From positions 192,001-256,000 of the forward strand of contig OZ242383.1 in the NCBI GenBank assembly GCA_965209155.1: a stretch of DNA of 64,000 bases, given 5' to 3'. The notes under the pieces were generated by a model. That model had not been told where the DNA came from, made no database searches, and was given only the letters and a program-made list of their open reading frames with translations. Made by a program: the position numbers and the translations under genes. Below are positions 9,928 through 20,786 of this stretch, piece by piece (the stretch's first letter is position 1; each line of letters opens with the position of its first letter). The stretch comes from a bacterium. GTDB lineage: Bacteria; SAR324; NAC60-12.

Positions 9928-10458
9928 ATGCAAACAGGTAGATGCATCAACTGCCACCAATTTTTCCTCCGCCGCCCTCAAAACAAGGAGCAAAGTTACT
10001 GCAGCCTGAAGAGGTGTCAGCGTGCGCGCAAGACGAATTGGGAGCGTAAAAAGTTAGCCAGCGATCCAGACTATCAACAGAACCGAAAAGCTAGTCAGAA
10101 GGCTTGGCAAGAAAGCCACCGCGATTATTGGAAAGTCTATCGAGAAAAACATCCAGTTCAGGCTGAGCGCAATCGAAAACTTCAGTTGATCCGCAATGCC
10201 AAACAGCGGGGGTATATTGTGGAAAAACTCTCGATGAATACCATTCCTTCCATCTCTCCGCTCAGATCAAAGCCCTTCTCGCTCTCATCAGTGCCGATTG
10301 CAAAGACGGACGCGTCCATCCCTTATCAATTCTGCCTTATCGCCTCCTCCGATGAGGATTTGATTGCAAAGATGGACGCGTCAAATTCCTCCCCTGCCCA
10401 GATTTTTAAGGCTTTTGTTGAGCTTCCTTTGATTGCAAAGATGGACGCGTTAACCTAA
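9928..10458 (+). CDS. IS21 passenger ORF1: CxxC...CxxxxC putative Zn-binding basic protein
   Basis: aggag RBS; CINC, YCSLKRC; C-terminal IAK(T/M)DA repeats. Confidence 0.7.
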   Translation: MQTGRCINCHQFFLRRPQNKEQSYCSLKRCQRARKTNWERKKLASDPDYQQNRKASQKAWQESHRDYWKVYREKHPVQAERNRKLQLIRNAKQRGYIVEKLSMNTIPSISPLRSKPFSLSSVPIAKTDASIPYQFCLIASSDEDLIAKMDASNSSPAQIFKAFVELPLIAKMDALT

Positions 10459-10505
10459 AAGAACCTTGAGATATCAACAACTTATCCGTGATTGCAAAGA
10501 AGGAC
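10296..10505 (+). repeat. Four spaced direct repeats gattgcaaagaNggac(gcgt)
   Basis: Copies at 10296, 10362, 10431, 10490 (spacing 66, 69, 59 bp). Confidence 0.85.
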
Positions 10506-10582
10506 TTTATTGCCACCACCCTTCAGTTGAGTTAAAAACGATGAAAACCTTGTTAACCATCCATCCAAAAGAAGGAGCTGTG

Positions 10583-10936
10583 ATGAGAAAGCAGTTGATT
10601 ATGAAAAGCAGACGACGGGTGATCGAGGGAAGTTTTAGCTTCATTCCTCACCGATTTTTGAGGGAGGGCTTTTTTGAATGCCTGCGATCTGAGGAATTGA
10701 TCTTATATTTTTTTTATGTGATGGCCGCGGATGCTCAAGGACTTTCCTACTACAGTCCCAAGACCATCACTCAACTGCTGAAAATGGAGAGGGATGTCTA
10801 TCAACAGGCCTTGAGTGGTTTATTGCAAATGGATCTGATCGCCACAGAAGAGACCTTAGTGCAGGTCCTTCACTTGCCCCTGTCTCCACTAAGAAGATCC
10901 CCCTCACCCTCTGACTGTAAAGGTCCCTGTGATTGA
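10583..10936 (+). CDS. IS21 passenger ORF2, possible winged-helix protein
   Basis: aaggag RBS; FSFIPHRFL..ELILYFFY..AADAQGLSYYS..ITQLLKM..YQQALSGLLQMDLI; overlaps istA start. Confidence 0.65.
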   Translation: MRKQLIMKSRRRVIEGSFSFIPHRFLREGFFECLRSEELILYFFYVMAADAQGLSYYSPKTITQLLKMERDVYQQALSGLLQMDLIATEETLVQVLHLPLSPLRRSPSPSDCKGPCD

Positions 10937-12395
10937 TCAGCATACTCTCTTTGAAATCCATCGCCTGCATGCAGAAGGACTTTCTCAGCGAAAAATTGCT
11001 CTTCGCTTGAACCTTTCCCGTGCGACGGTGAAGCGGCATCTCTGCCATCCTCAAATTGTGCGAAAAAAAATTAAAAAACCATCTAAACTCAATCCTTTTA
11101 AAGCGCATATGGAGCAATGGTTGCAAAGTGATGCCAGCCTCAGCGCAACGGTGGTTTTGCAGCGTCTGCAAGGGCTTGGATTCGAGGGGAGGTATGGGAT
11201 TGTGAAAGACTATCTCAGAAAGATTCGCCCCAAACCCGCTGCGATGCCCATCAGACGCTTTGAAAGCCAGCCGGGGGAACAGTTCCAAATCGATTGGGGT
11301 TTTTTTGGCAAACTCAGCTATGGACAAACCCAGCGAAAGCTTTATGCCCTGGCTGTCATTGAATGCCATAGCCGAAAACTCTTTGTTTATTTTAGCCATT
11401 CGACAGACCAGACGGCTTTCCATCAGGCTTTATTAACCGCCTTCCAGTTCTACGGAGGAACTACCAAAGAACTGGTGTTTGATAACATGAAAACCGCCGT
11501 CGTTGAACGAGTGGGATCCATCATCCGATTTAACGGAGCCTTTTTAGATTTTCTCCGCCCCTTTCAGCTCATCCCGAAGGCTTGTTCGCCGAGGCTTCCG
11601 CGATCGAAAGGCAAAGTGGAGAGGGTGATCCGCTATATTCGGGATAATTTTTGGCCTCTTCGTCAGTTCAAAGATCTGGCCGATGTCCAGCAGCAAATGA
11701 ATCATTGGCTGCAGACAGTGGCCAATGTGCGCCAGCATCAAACCACCTTAGAAAAACCCGATGAACGCTTTCAACCTCAAACGCTTCGAGCCTTGCCCCC
11801 TTGCTTGCCCGATTGTTATCTGACCCGCCGTGTGACTGTCTTAGCCGATGCCACCGTGACCTTCGATTCAAATTATTATTCCGTACCCGACTGGACATTA
11901 GGACACCGGCTCACCCTCAAAGCCGACCAATATGAGGTCTTGCTCTTTATTAAAGAGCGCCGTGTGGCCCAGCATTTAAGATCTTGGCAACGCAAACAAA
12001 GGCTGGAAAATCCCAAACATCGAAACCCTCAAAAACGCTCCCCTCTACCGCATCCGGACTGTGTTTATTTTCTTTCATTGGCGCCCTGTTGCCAAACCTT
12101 TCTGCAGGGCATCAATCAATCGGGGATGGCTTTACAAAAGACGATTCAGCAACTGCTCAAACTTTTAGAGCAATACGGCTTAGACTCTTTAGTCATTGCC
12201 CTTGAAAAGGCCATCCATCACCACGCTTTTGGCCTCGATTATGTCAAAAATATCCTCTACCAGGAAATGAGGCCCGTCTCCCATCAACCTCCAGTGGTTT
12301 TGAAACAAGAAGCCTTAAATCATATCCGCCTCACCCCGCATTCGCTGGCCGAATATGATGCCCTCGTCCTGCAGAGAAAGAAGGGGGAGAGATGA
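10929..12395 (+). CDS. istA: IS21 transposase
   Basis: N-terminal HTH; RFESQPGEQFQIDW, VFDNMKT, KGKVER. Confidence 0.95.
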   Translation: MIDQHTLFEIHRLHAEGLSQRKIALRLNLSRATVKRHLCHPQIVRKKIKKPSKLNPFKAHMEQWLQSDASLSATVVLQRLQGLGFEGRYGIVKDYLRKIRPKPAAMPIRRFESQPGEQFQIDWGFFGKLSYGQTQRKLYALAVIECHSRKLFVYFSHSTDQTAFHQALLTAFQFYGGTTKELVFDNMKTAVVERVGSIIRFNGAFLDFLRPFQLIPKACSPRLPRSKGKVERVIRYIRDNFWPLRQFKDLADVQQQMNHWLQTVANVRQHQTTLEKPDERFQPQTLRALPPCLPDCYLTRRVTVLADATVTFDSNYYSVPDWTLGHRLTLKADQYEVLLFIKERRVAQHLRSWQRKQRLENPKHRNPQKRSPLPHPDCVYFLSLAPCCQTFLQGINQSGMALQKTIQQLLKLLEQYGLDSLVIALEKAIHHHAFGLDYVKNILYQEMRPVSHQPPVVLKQEALNHIRLTPHSLAEYDALVLQRKKGER

Positions 12396-13129
12396 GTGAA
12401 AAAATAAAAAAACAATGTCAGAGCCTCCATCTCAGTGGCCTTTGCCAGCATTTTGAAGCGATTTTTAAAACTGCCTCGCAAAAAAACTGGACTCATCATC
12501 AATTGCTCGAGAGCTTGTTTGATCTCGAACTGGACCATCGTCTCCATAAGCGCATTCAATTGCGCTTGAAGCAAGCCAAACTGCCCGCCACTCCCACCAT
12601 CGAGAGCTTTGATTTTGCCCACCACCCCTCTCGAAAAAAGAACAAAGGCAGAATTTTACAATTGATGCAATTGGACTTTATCAAGAATAGCGAGGATGTT
12701 ATCCTGATTGGCAATCCAGGGGTGGGCAAGACCCACTTGGCTTTATGCCTGGCATACGAGGCCACTCAGAACGCCATGCGCACTTTATTTACCACAGCAA
12801 CCGACATGATTAACCATTTGATTGCTGCCGAATCGGACCATTCCCTGGTCAAAAAACTCAGCCATTACACCGAACCGGACCTCCTCCTCTGCGATGAGAT
12901 CGGTTATCTGCCACTGGATCAACAAGGAAGCAGCCTCTTTTTCCAGGTCATTAGTCGCAGGCATCAGAGAAAATCAACCTTTCTCACCACAAACCTGCCT
13001 TTTGCCCAATGGGGGAATCTCTTTGATTCGACCACTGTGGCCACTGCCATTGCAGATCGACTGGTAATGAATTCGGAGGTTATCATTTTAGAAGGAGAAA
13101 GCTATCGTAGAAATAAAAGAAAAAAATGA
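12392..13129 (+). CDS. istB: IS21 helper AAA+ ATPase
   Basis: GNPGVGKT Walker A; LLLCDEIGY; TTNLPFAQW; AIADRL; GESYR. Confidence 0.96.
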   Translation: MSEKIKKQCQSLHLSGLCQHFEAIFKTASQKNWTHHQLLESLFDLELDHRLHKRIQLRLKQAKLPATPTIESFDFAHHPSRKKNKGRILQLMQLDFIKNSEDVILIGNPGVGKTHLALCLAYEATQNAMRTLFTTATDMINHLIAAESDHSLVKKLSHYTEPDLLLCDEIGYLPLDQQGSSLFFQVISRRHQRKSTFLTTNLPFAQWGNLFDSTTVATAIADRLVMNSEVIILEGESYRRNKRKK

Positions 13130-14840
13130 AAAAGGCATATAGCCCCTTCCATCCGCTGTTTTAAAGGTATGAGGCCACATCACATCACTGCACCTTGTCG
13201 CTCAATACTCAACCTACTCCTCTGCCCACTTAACTACGTGGTAAACTTCCAAATTGCCGTTTTTGGTATACTTTACTACTGCCATCAACAAAAAGGACCG
13301 TATGGTGACGGCACCTATGGTTTTAACGTCACGGGGACACCTTATGGAGCCTGGGCGCCCAGCGTGGCCGAATCCTGGGAAGCAACTCCAAACAAAATAG
13401 TCTATCATCTGAGAAAGGGCATTAAATTCCGCAATAAAGCCCCAGTCAATGGTCGAGAACTGGATGCTCATGATGTCCTCGCAACCTGGAATGCGGCAAT
13501 TGCAATCCCCGGCACATTATCGAGTGGGGAACAAGACAAGTATAAATGGACTGTCCTCGATAAATATACCATTCAAGTGGAATGGATAAACCCTACACTG
13601 GAATATGATAAAATAGGTGAAATTGTCGGTGCTTCTTGGGGTCTTATCCCAAAGGAGATTGAGAAAGGCACCAATCGTAATGACTGGAGGAATACCTACG
13701 GATCTGGGCCATTTTACCCAACAAAATATGTCGAAGGCAGTGTCACTGAATTTGAAAAAAACCCGGACTACTGGGCGACAGATCCGATGAATCCTGGAAA
13801 TTCTATCCCCTATCTGGATAAGGTGAGATTAGTCAAAATGGATGAAGTGGCAATGAAAGCTGGACTCGCAACAGGCAAAATTGACACTACTTTTACTCAA
13901 TTTTACTTGAGCCGAAGTGACGAGAAAGACCTCATGAATTCCAACCCTGATTTAGTGACGGCAAGGGGTCCCATCCGAAATCAAATGCTTAACTTCAACA
14001 TTACCAGGAAACCTTTTAGTGACCAACGTGTCCGCCGGGCAGTCATGCTGGCCATCCCACACGAGGAAATGAACGAAAGTTTGTATGATGGTACCGGCTT
14101 ATGGCCAGCATATCCTACCTTTGCGGGCACGGCGCCCTTTCATATTTCATTAGAACAAATGGAAAAAGAACGCCCGGATCTCGCCAGGATGTGGGGATAC
14201 GATCCGGAGGAAGCTAAAAGACTGTTGGCCGAGGCTGGTTATCCGAATGGTTTTAAGACCAATATCATTACGCGGACGGAGTTTGGCTCTGCGGAAACTT
14301 CGGAAGCCGTTGCACTCTATCTTTCCCAGGTTGGCATTGACATGGAGATCAGAGTCGTGGATATGGCTAAAATGTATACTATGACCATGAATAAAGAACC
14401 TGATCCCAGCTACACGGATATGGCTTGGTCGGACAACGGATGCATAAATTCGTTCTATTCGTGTCATTGGCAGATACACATGGATCCCCGTGGTCCGTTT
14501 CCTTGGTATGGACCCCATGAAAAGATTTTAAACAGTCAATATGGACAGGATTTTATCACAATGTATGATGATTTCCTGGCCGAAGATGACCCTCATGAGC
14601 ATTACAGGAAATGGGTTGCATTAGCCATGTGGACGATGCAAGAAGTGTGGTCTGCCCCTCTCATGTACTTAACGGGCGCTCACTTTCAACAAAATTGGGT
14701 GCACCAACACAGTGGCGTTTTCTGGGATTCGTTGAATAATTTGCATATGTTAAAATATACCTGGCTTGACTTGGATAAGAGAAAGCAGCAGAGCGGACGA
14801 GGCGCCAATGAGTAATTCCTGAGTGTATGAACAAACAAAA

Positions 14841-14874
14841 GGGAGGGAGTGTTCTTCATTCCCTCCTTTTTTTT
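14841..14874 (+). terminator. Rho-independent terminator between SBP and permease
   Basis: ggagggagtg-ttctt-cattccctcc followed by T8. Confidence 0.75.
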
Positions 14875-14921
14875 CAATTGCGCAATTCGCATTTTCCGAA
14901 TCCGCATGGGTATAAAATATC

Positions 14922-15878
14922 ATGATGCTAAGCTATATCATCAGGAGAGTGGTCATCATGATTCCTACCTTGATCCTGGTCTCCATCATCGTTTTCATGG
15001 GCTTGCGTTTCATTCCAGGGGACGTCGTGGACCTGATGGTATCGCAGGCTTCGTTCGGATCTGCAGGGATTAGTCGTGAAGAGATAAAAATATATCTGGG
15101 GATGGACTTACCCGTTCACGAGCAGTATCTCAAGTGGATAGGTGGAGTACTTCGAGGTGATTTTGGCGAGTCCCTTTGGACAAGGACGCCTGTCAATGAC
15201 AATTTGCTGAGTGGTCTACCCGTCTCCCTGGAACTGGGTTTTATGGCGGTTTTCCTCTCCCTGGTCATTGCCATCCCGGTGGGAGTGCTTGCCGGCATCC
15301 GGCCGGAATCAAAGCTGGATTATCTTTTGCGCAGTGTTGCCATCTTCCTGGTCTGCATTCCGGATTTCTGGCTGGCAACCATGATCGTGATCTACCCCGC
15401 TATCTGGTGGAATGTCTCACCGAGCCTGGTTTATTTTTTTTTCTGGGAGGACCCCCTTGGCAATCTGGGCATGGTCTTCCTGCCGGCTCTGGTCCTGGGA
15501 TTTGCGTTTTCCGGGATGATCATGAGGCTGACCCGTAATTTGGTCATCGAGGAAATGGGGCAGGATTATGTGCGGACGGCCAGGTCCAAGGGACTGAAGG
15601 CGAGAGTCGTGGTACTGCGTCATGTGCTCAAGAACACACTGATCCCGGTGGTCACCGTGGTGGGGATTCAGCTCCCCTTCGTCATTGGGGGGGCTGTGGT
15701 GGTCGAGAGCATCTTTGGTTTACCGGGATTGGGAAACATGATGGTAGAATCGATCAACACTCGGGATTATCCGATCATTTCGGGCATCAATATCATTCTG
15801 GCAACGGTGGTGCTGAGCGTCAATTTGCTCGTTGATATCAGCTACGCCTGGCTCGATCCACGGATACGTTATAAATAG
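14922..15878 (+). CDS. ABC permease (OppB/DppB type)
   Basis: QDYVRTARSKGL; RDYPII; LDPRIRY. Confidence 0.95.
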   Translation: MMLSYIIRRVVIMIPTLILVSIIVFMGLRFIPGDVVDLMVSQASFGSAGISREEIKIYLGMDLPVHEQYLKWIGGVLRGDFGESLWTRTPVNDNLLSGLPVSLELGFMAVFLSLVIAIPVGVLAGIRPESKLDYLLRSVAIFLVCIPDFWLATMIVIYPAIWWNVSPSLVYFFFWEDPLGNLGMVFLPALVLGFAFSGMIMRLTRNLVIEEMGQDYVRTARSKGLKARVVVLRHVLKNTLIPVVTVVGIQLPFVIGGAVVVESIFGLPGLGNMMVESINTRDYPIISGINIILATVVLSVNLLVDISYAWLDPRIRYK

Positions 15879-15977
15879 TTGTCAGTTTTCTGCTGTCAGC
15901 TCTCAGTGTTGTGAACGCGAACGGTAGTGCCAGCCTCATAGGGTCGCCCTACCGTATCAACATGATAATAAATAGAA

Positions 15978-16901
15978 ATGACAAGCAAAACCGTATCATC
16001 ACCAGACACGCATCCGGCCAGAAAGAGTGCCTTGATCACCTTTCTCTCCCGGCTCTTTCGTGAGAAAAAACTCGGGGCCATCGGCTTGATCATCGTCGTG
16101 GTGTTTTTACTGGTGGGCATTTTCGCGGACTTCCTGGCTCCCTATGGGATGATGGAGTTTGATATGAGAAACCGTTTGAAGGGACCCATGCCGGGGCATT
16201 GGATGGGAACCGACCATTTTGGACGAGACCTTTTGAGCCGGGTCATCTACGGCGCTCGGATTTCCATGGTGGTGGGTCTCTCCGCTTGCGGGATCCTGAT
16301 TCTCATCTCCACAAGTGTTGGCCTGCTTTCCGGGTATGTCGGGGGCGTTGTGGATTTGGTCACCCAGCGCTTCGTGGACGCCTGGCTTTCCTTACCCGGG
16401 TTATTTGTTATTCTGACCGTGATGACTACCCTGGGGGCCGGGATGCCTCAGACCATTGGAGTATTGGGCGCCTTTTGGGGAATTGCCAACATTCGCACGG
16501 TACGAGGGGTCGTCTTGAGTGCCAGGGAGAACGTGTATGTGGAGGCGGCCCAGGCGGTGGGCGGTTCCACCTGGCGCATCCTTATCAAACATATCCTGCC
16601 CCAGATTTGGGCACCATTGATTGTGGTGTATACCGTCTCCCTGGGGGGAATCATCATCTCCGAAGCCGTCATCAGTTACCTCGGATTTGGCATTCCTCCG
16701 CCGCAACCCAGCTGGGGGGGGATGCTCAGCCTGGAAGGTCAGAAATATATGTTGGAGCAGCCCTGGTTGGCCTTCTGGCCGGGTCTGGCCCTGGCCATCG
16801 TGATTTACGGGGTTAACATGCTCGGGGATGCCATGCGCGACCTGCTCGACCCTCGTTTACGCGGCAAAGTAGGCCGTTTGGGTTTACCGAATAAACGCTA
16901 A
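15978..16901 (+). CDS. ABC permease (OppC/DppC type)
   Basis: HWMGTDHFGRDLLSRVIYGARIS; YVEAAQAVG; PSWGGML; GDAMRDLLDPR. Confidence 0.95.
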   Translation: MTSKTVSSPDTHPARKSALITFLSRLFREKKLGAIGLIIVVVFLLVGIFADFLAPYGMMEFDMRNRLKGPMPGHWMGTDHFGRDLLSRVIYGARISMVVGLSACGILILISTSVGLLSGYVGGVVDLVTQRFVDAWLSLPGLFVILTVMTTLGAGMPQTIGVLGAFWGIANIRTVRGVVLSARENVYVEAAQAVGGSTWRILIKHILPQIWAPLIVVYTVSLGGIIISEAVISYLGFGIPPPQPSWGGMLSLEGQKYMLEQPWLAFWPGLALAIVIYGVNMLGDAMRDLLDPRLRGKVGRLGLPNKR

Positions 16902-16920
16902 AAATGAATAAGGAGATCCC

Positions 16921-17958
16921 ATGAAAGCTGCGATAATACTTAAGGACGGAAAAATTGAGATTCAGGATCTGCCCACCCCGACCCCGGGGGACGAAGAGGC
17001 GCGCATCCGCATCACCGCAGCAGGCGTTTGTCACTCCGACGTGCACATCGTGCGCGGCGACTGGGCGGGGTTTCCATCTCGATTTCGGTCAGGTGTGTTC
17101 GGGCACGAGGCCATTGGCATTGTCGAAGAACTCGGGCCAGGCGCCGAGCGCTACGCCGCTGTGGGCGACCGGGTCTTCACGGGGTTCGGTGGCATGGGCG
17201 GTGCCTACTGGTGCGGCGCCTGCGAGTTCTGCCTGGGCGGCGAACCGCGCCACTGCTCCCAGGCCAAGGGCCTCAATGGCACCTTCGCTGAGCAGTTCTG
17301 CGTGTGGGCCAAGGCGCTCGTAAAACTGCCGGACACGGTGGGTGATGAAGAAGCAGGGCTCTCCTGTGGCGGCCTCACGGCGTATGGCGCTGTCAAGAAA
17401 CTCTTCAAGCACCACATCCAGCCGGGACGTCACGTGGCGATCGTGGGTGCCGCCGGGGGCCTCGGCCACTACGCCGTCCAGGTCGCGACGACCTTCGGCT
17501 ACAAGGTAGTGGGCATCGACGTCGGCGAGGAGCGGCTGAAGTTCGTCGAGTCGCTCGGCGCCAAGCTGGCCGTCAGTGCGGACGACGCCGTCGAAACCGT
17601 TCAGCAGTTCGGTGGTGTGGACGCCGCGATTGTGTTCTCGGCCTCCATAGCCGGGTTCAAGCTCGGCTTACAAGTGCTGCGACCAAGCGGCCTGTTCGTG
17701 GCGTGTGGCCTTCCCCCTACTAGCGAAGGCCACTTCGGACTGGACCCCTTCTTGTGGAACCAGAAAGGCGCGACCCTGGTCGCCTCGGTCGTCGGCAACG
17801 TGCAGGAGATGCGCGAGCTCGTCGACATGGTGGCGGCCGGAGACGTCAAGAGCCACATCGGCCGCCGCGGTCCGCTCTCGGAGCTGGATGCCATCTTGGA
17901 TGAGCTCGAAGAAGGCAAATACCTGGGCCGCGCCGTCATCACCGACCTCGGCAGCTAG
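16921..17958 (+). CDS. Zn-dependent alcohol dehydrogenase (MDR family)
   Basis: GVCHSD, GHE, CGACEFC..C, GAAGGLG. Confidence 0.93.
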   Translation: MKAAIILKDGKIEIQDLPTPTPGDEEARIRITAAGVCHSDVHIVRGDWAGFPSRFRSGVFGHEAIGIVEELGPGAERYAAVGDRVFTGFGGMGGAYWCGACEFCLGGEPRHCSQAKGLNGTFAEQFCVWAKALVKLPDTVGDEEAGLSCGGLTAYGAVKKLFKHHIQPGRHVAIVGAAGGLGHYAVQVATTFGYKVVGIDVGEERLKFVESLGAKLAVSADDAVETVQQFGGVDAAIVFSASIAGFKLGLQVLRPSGLFVACGLPPTSEGHFGLDPFLWNQKGATLVASVVGNVQEMRELVDMVAAGDVKSHIGRRGPLSELDAILDELEEGKYLGRAVITDLGS

Positions 17959-18125
17959 GATCTGCATGGCTTTGAAGACCCGGGAGGCGATCCACGGGTT
18001 CCAGTATAGAAAAGATAATATCGGGGTTTATTCGACAACTCCAATCTGGCCGATGCGGGTCGTTGTGATCTGTGTCTGCATAACTGCGCATTAAAAGTGC
18101 TACACACGAAAAAAGGAAAGAACAA

Positions 18126-18596
18126 ATGAGTGAAAAACTACCTGAAGACGTCCTTTCGGGCGTAAAATTAATCAATTCGAATACCGTTGTGCTTGATCCT
18201 CTCGAGTACTCTGATGTCAATGTACTGGAAGGATCTCCGAAATCATCAATAAAAATATTATGGAAATCTGAAGATGGATCATGTGTCACTGGTGTTTGGT
18301 CGTGTACTGAGGGAAGTTGGCTGGTCGAGTGGCCATGGGATGAAATGTGTTTTCTACTTGAGGGCGAATTGGATGTCACAGAAGTTGACAGGAACAGCGA
18401 TCATTCAGGACAAACCATACGAGTAAATCCAGGTGATCAATTTCATTTTGAAAAGGGGTCTAAAACGGTGTGGAATGTAATAAAACCTGTGAAAAAGATT
18501 ATGTATATAAGACATAATTCCCCAATTGCGGATCAGCCATGGGAAGAAAACGAAGCGTTCAAAGCGAACTATAAAAAAATAAAAGATGAGTCATGA
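18126..18596 (+). CDS. Cupin-domain protein (EutQ/Cupin_3-like)
   Basis: GVWSCTEG..DEMCFLLEG..GDQFHFEKG..W. Confidence 0.8.
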   Translation: MSEKLPEDVLSGVKLINSNTVVLDPLEYSDVNVLEGSPKSSIKILWKSEDGSCVTGVWSCTEGSWLVEWPWDEMCFLLEGELDVTEVDRNSDHSGQTIRVNPGDQFHFEKGSKTVWNVIKPVKKIMYIRHNSPIADQPWEENEAFKANYKKIKDES

Positions 18597-20674
18597 TGGC
18601 AAAAGAACCGCTCTGGCGTCCCAGTCCTCAACGCATTGCTGAAGCCCAAATGACGGCCTATCGTGCCTGGCTCAAGGAACACAAGGGGCTCCATTTCGAT
18701 CATTACGAAGCCCTCTGGCAATGGTCAACCGAGGAGTTTGAAGCGTTTTGGGAAAGCATTTGGGAATATGGGGAGGTGATTAGCCATCGCCCCTACCAGA
18801 GGGTGGTCAATCAGCAAGAAATGCCGGGAGTGAGTTGGTTTGAGGGGGCCACGCTCAACTATGCCGAACACATCCTGGCCCCTGGCACTCAAGCAGAATC
18901 TGTGAATGCACCCGCGATCGTGGCTGAGTCAGAGACTCGCCCCCGCGTGGAAGTGTCCTGGCAAAGCCTGCGTGAGCAAACAGGCGCACTCACCGCCAGC
19001 TTGAAACAGCTTGGTCTCGAAATGGGCGACCGTGCTGTGGCCTATCTGCCCAACATCCCGGAAACGGCTGTGGCCATGTTATCTGTCAGCAGTTGCGGGG
19101 CAATTTGGTCAATGGCTTCCCCAGAAATGGGGATTGCCAGTGTGCTGGACCGATTCCATCAAATTGAGCCCAAGATTCTTTTCACCATCGACGGTTACCG
19201 TTACAAGGGAAAGGACTACGATAGGCGGGAAGTCGTGGTCGATCTCGTCAAACAACTGCCCTCGGTGGAAACCGTTATTTTTATTCCTTATCTCCATGCG
19301 TCCAATGAGTTGGACCTCAGTGCTGTGAGGGAAGGCAAACCGCCCCCAGTGGTTTCCTTTGCAGAGACCGTCAGCACACCTGCGAAACCTGATTTTACCC
19401 CGGTGCCCTTTGCTCACCCGCTGTGGATACTCTATTCCTCGGGCACCACAGGCCCGCCCAAGGCCATCATCCATAGCCACGGTGGAATCGTCTTGCAAAA
19501 TATCAAGTATATTAGATTACATTTAGACATAGGTCCTTCTGACCGTTTTTTTTGGTTTAGTTCCACCACCTGGGGCATGTGGAATTCTTTGATTACCACA
19601 CTAATTTCCGGGGCCACCATCCTGCTGTTTGACGGCAATCCCGGTTATCCTGATCTCAACACCCTGTGGCGATATGCCGAAAGAGAAAAAGCCACGTTTT
19701 ATGGCACCAGCCCCACGTTTATTTCCTTATGCAGGAAGGCGGGCATTACGCCTGGAGCAAGTTTCGATTTGAGTTCTCTACGGACCGTGGGTTCCACCGG
19801 CTCCCCATTGTCGGAAGAAGGGTATCGTTGGATCTATGAAAAAGTGCATCCTGATGTTCTACTGTTCTCTGTCACTGGCGGCACCGATTTTGGTGCCGGC
19901 TTCCTGAGCGCCTGCCCCATTCTTCCCGTCTATGCCGGAGAAATGTCTTGCAGAGAGCTGGGGGTGGCAACCTACGTTTATGATGATAACGGCAAGCCCG
20001 TGATGGACGAAGTAGGAGAACTGGTGATGACGAAACCAATTCCCTGCCTGCCTATCGGGTTTTGGGGAGATCCAGAGGGTCGGCGATACTATGAAAGTTA
20101 TTTCGACACCTTTCCTGGTGTATGGCGGCACGGGGACTGGCTGCAATTGATTTCCCATCCAGAGGCCGTCGGAGGCATTGTATTCGGCCGCTCCGATGCC
20201 ACGATCAACCGCCAAGGCATTCGGATGGGGAGCAGTGAGATTTATCGAGTGGTTGAATCCTTCCCTGAAGTGGCCGATTCCTTGGTGGTGGATTTGGAAT
20301 ATCTGGGCAAGCCCTCCTATCTTGCACTTTTTGTGGTCTTGACAGACCCTGAAGCCGCGCCAATTCCCAGCCCTGACGTCGCAGGCAAAGCATCGACAAC
20401 GGAGAAACCCAGTCTGAGAGACACGGGAATGCCAGAAATCCTACGAAGCGGAATCATGAACAAAATTCGCACCCATCTCTCGGCTCGCCACGCCCCCAAT
20501 GAGATCTTTGCGATTCAGGCGGTCCCTTATACGATCTCAGGTAAAAAAATGGAAGTCCCTGTCAAGAAAATTTTGTTGGGCAAGTCCGCCAATACCTCAG
20601 CCAACCGTGATTCCATGGGCAATCCGGAATCCATCGACTGGTTCGTTGAATTTGCTCGCGGTAGAAACTCTTGA
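18593..20674 (+). CDS. Acetoacetate--CoA ligase
   Basis: LYSSGTTGPPKAIIHSHGG; WRHGDW; GRSDATINRQGIRMGSSEIY; SGKKMEVPVKKIL. Confidence 0.92.
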   Translation: MMAKEPLWRPSPQRIAEAQMTAYRAWLKEHKGLHFDHYEALWQWSTEEFEAFWESIWEYGEVISHRPYQRVVNQQEMPGVSWFEGATLNYAEHILAPGTQAESVNAPAIVAESETRPRVEVSWQSLREQTGALTASLKQLGLEMGDRAVAYLPNIPETAVAMLSVSSCGAIWSMASPEMGIASVLDRFHQIEPKILFTIDGYRYKGKDYDRREVVVDLVKQLPSVETVIFIPYLHASNELDLSAVREGKPPPVVSFAETVSTPAKPDFTPVPFAHPLWILYSSGTTGPPKAIIHSHGGIVLQNIKYIRLHLDIGPSDRFFWFSSTTWGMWNSLITTLISGATILLFDGNPGYPDLNTLWRYAEREKATFYGTSPTFISLCRKAGITPGASFDLSSLRTVGSTGSPLSEEGYRWIYEKVHPDVLLFSVTGGTDFGAGFLSACPILPVYAGEMSCRELGVATYVYDDNGKPVMDEVGELVMTKPIPCLPIGFWGDPEGRRYYESYFDTFPGVWRHGDWLQLISHPEAVGGIVFGRSDATINRQGIRMGSSEIYRVVESFPEVADSLVVDLEYLGKPSYLALFVVLTDPEAAPIPSPDVAGKASTTEKPSLRDTGMPEILRSGIMNKIRTHLSARHAPNEIFAIQAVPYTISGKKMEVPVKKILLGKSANTSANRDSMGNPESIDWFVEFARGRNS

Positions 20675-20786
20675 TACCCTGCCGCCCATGGGTTTCAGGA
20701 AGGAACGGATTGGAAGAAAATGTAAAATGTCGTTTCTATGGTTCAATACTTCACATCCTAACGTAATGTGAGTTCTGGATAAGGTT

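Larger units (their letters stand above)
9580..13290 (+). mobile_element. IS21-family element (3.7 kb) with two passenger ORFs
   Basis: TG...CA ends (tgttaacgcca... / ...gccatcaaca); 6-bp TSD aaaagg at 9574-9579 and 13291-13296; istA-istB inside. Confidence 0.92.
9374..14815 (+). pseudogene. Family-5 ABC SBP interrupted by IS21
   Basis: Signal peptide MNLKKIFSSGLTLLVGAILAGSVSA-QKYGGTL...DVTKG (9374-9579) rejoins in frame with PYGDGTYGF...AESW...KNPDYW (13297-14815) when the IS and one TSD are removed. Confidence 0.9.

Noticed and set aside
10296..10505. Spaced repeats as a CRISPR array
   Set aside because: Short degenerate repeats, irregular spacing, mostly inside an ORF within an IS, no cas genes
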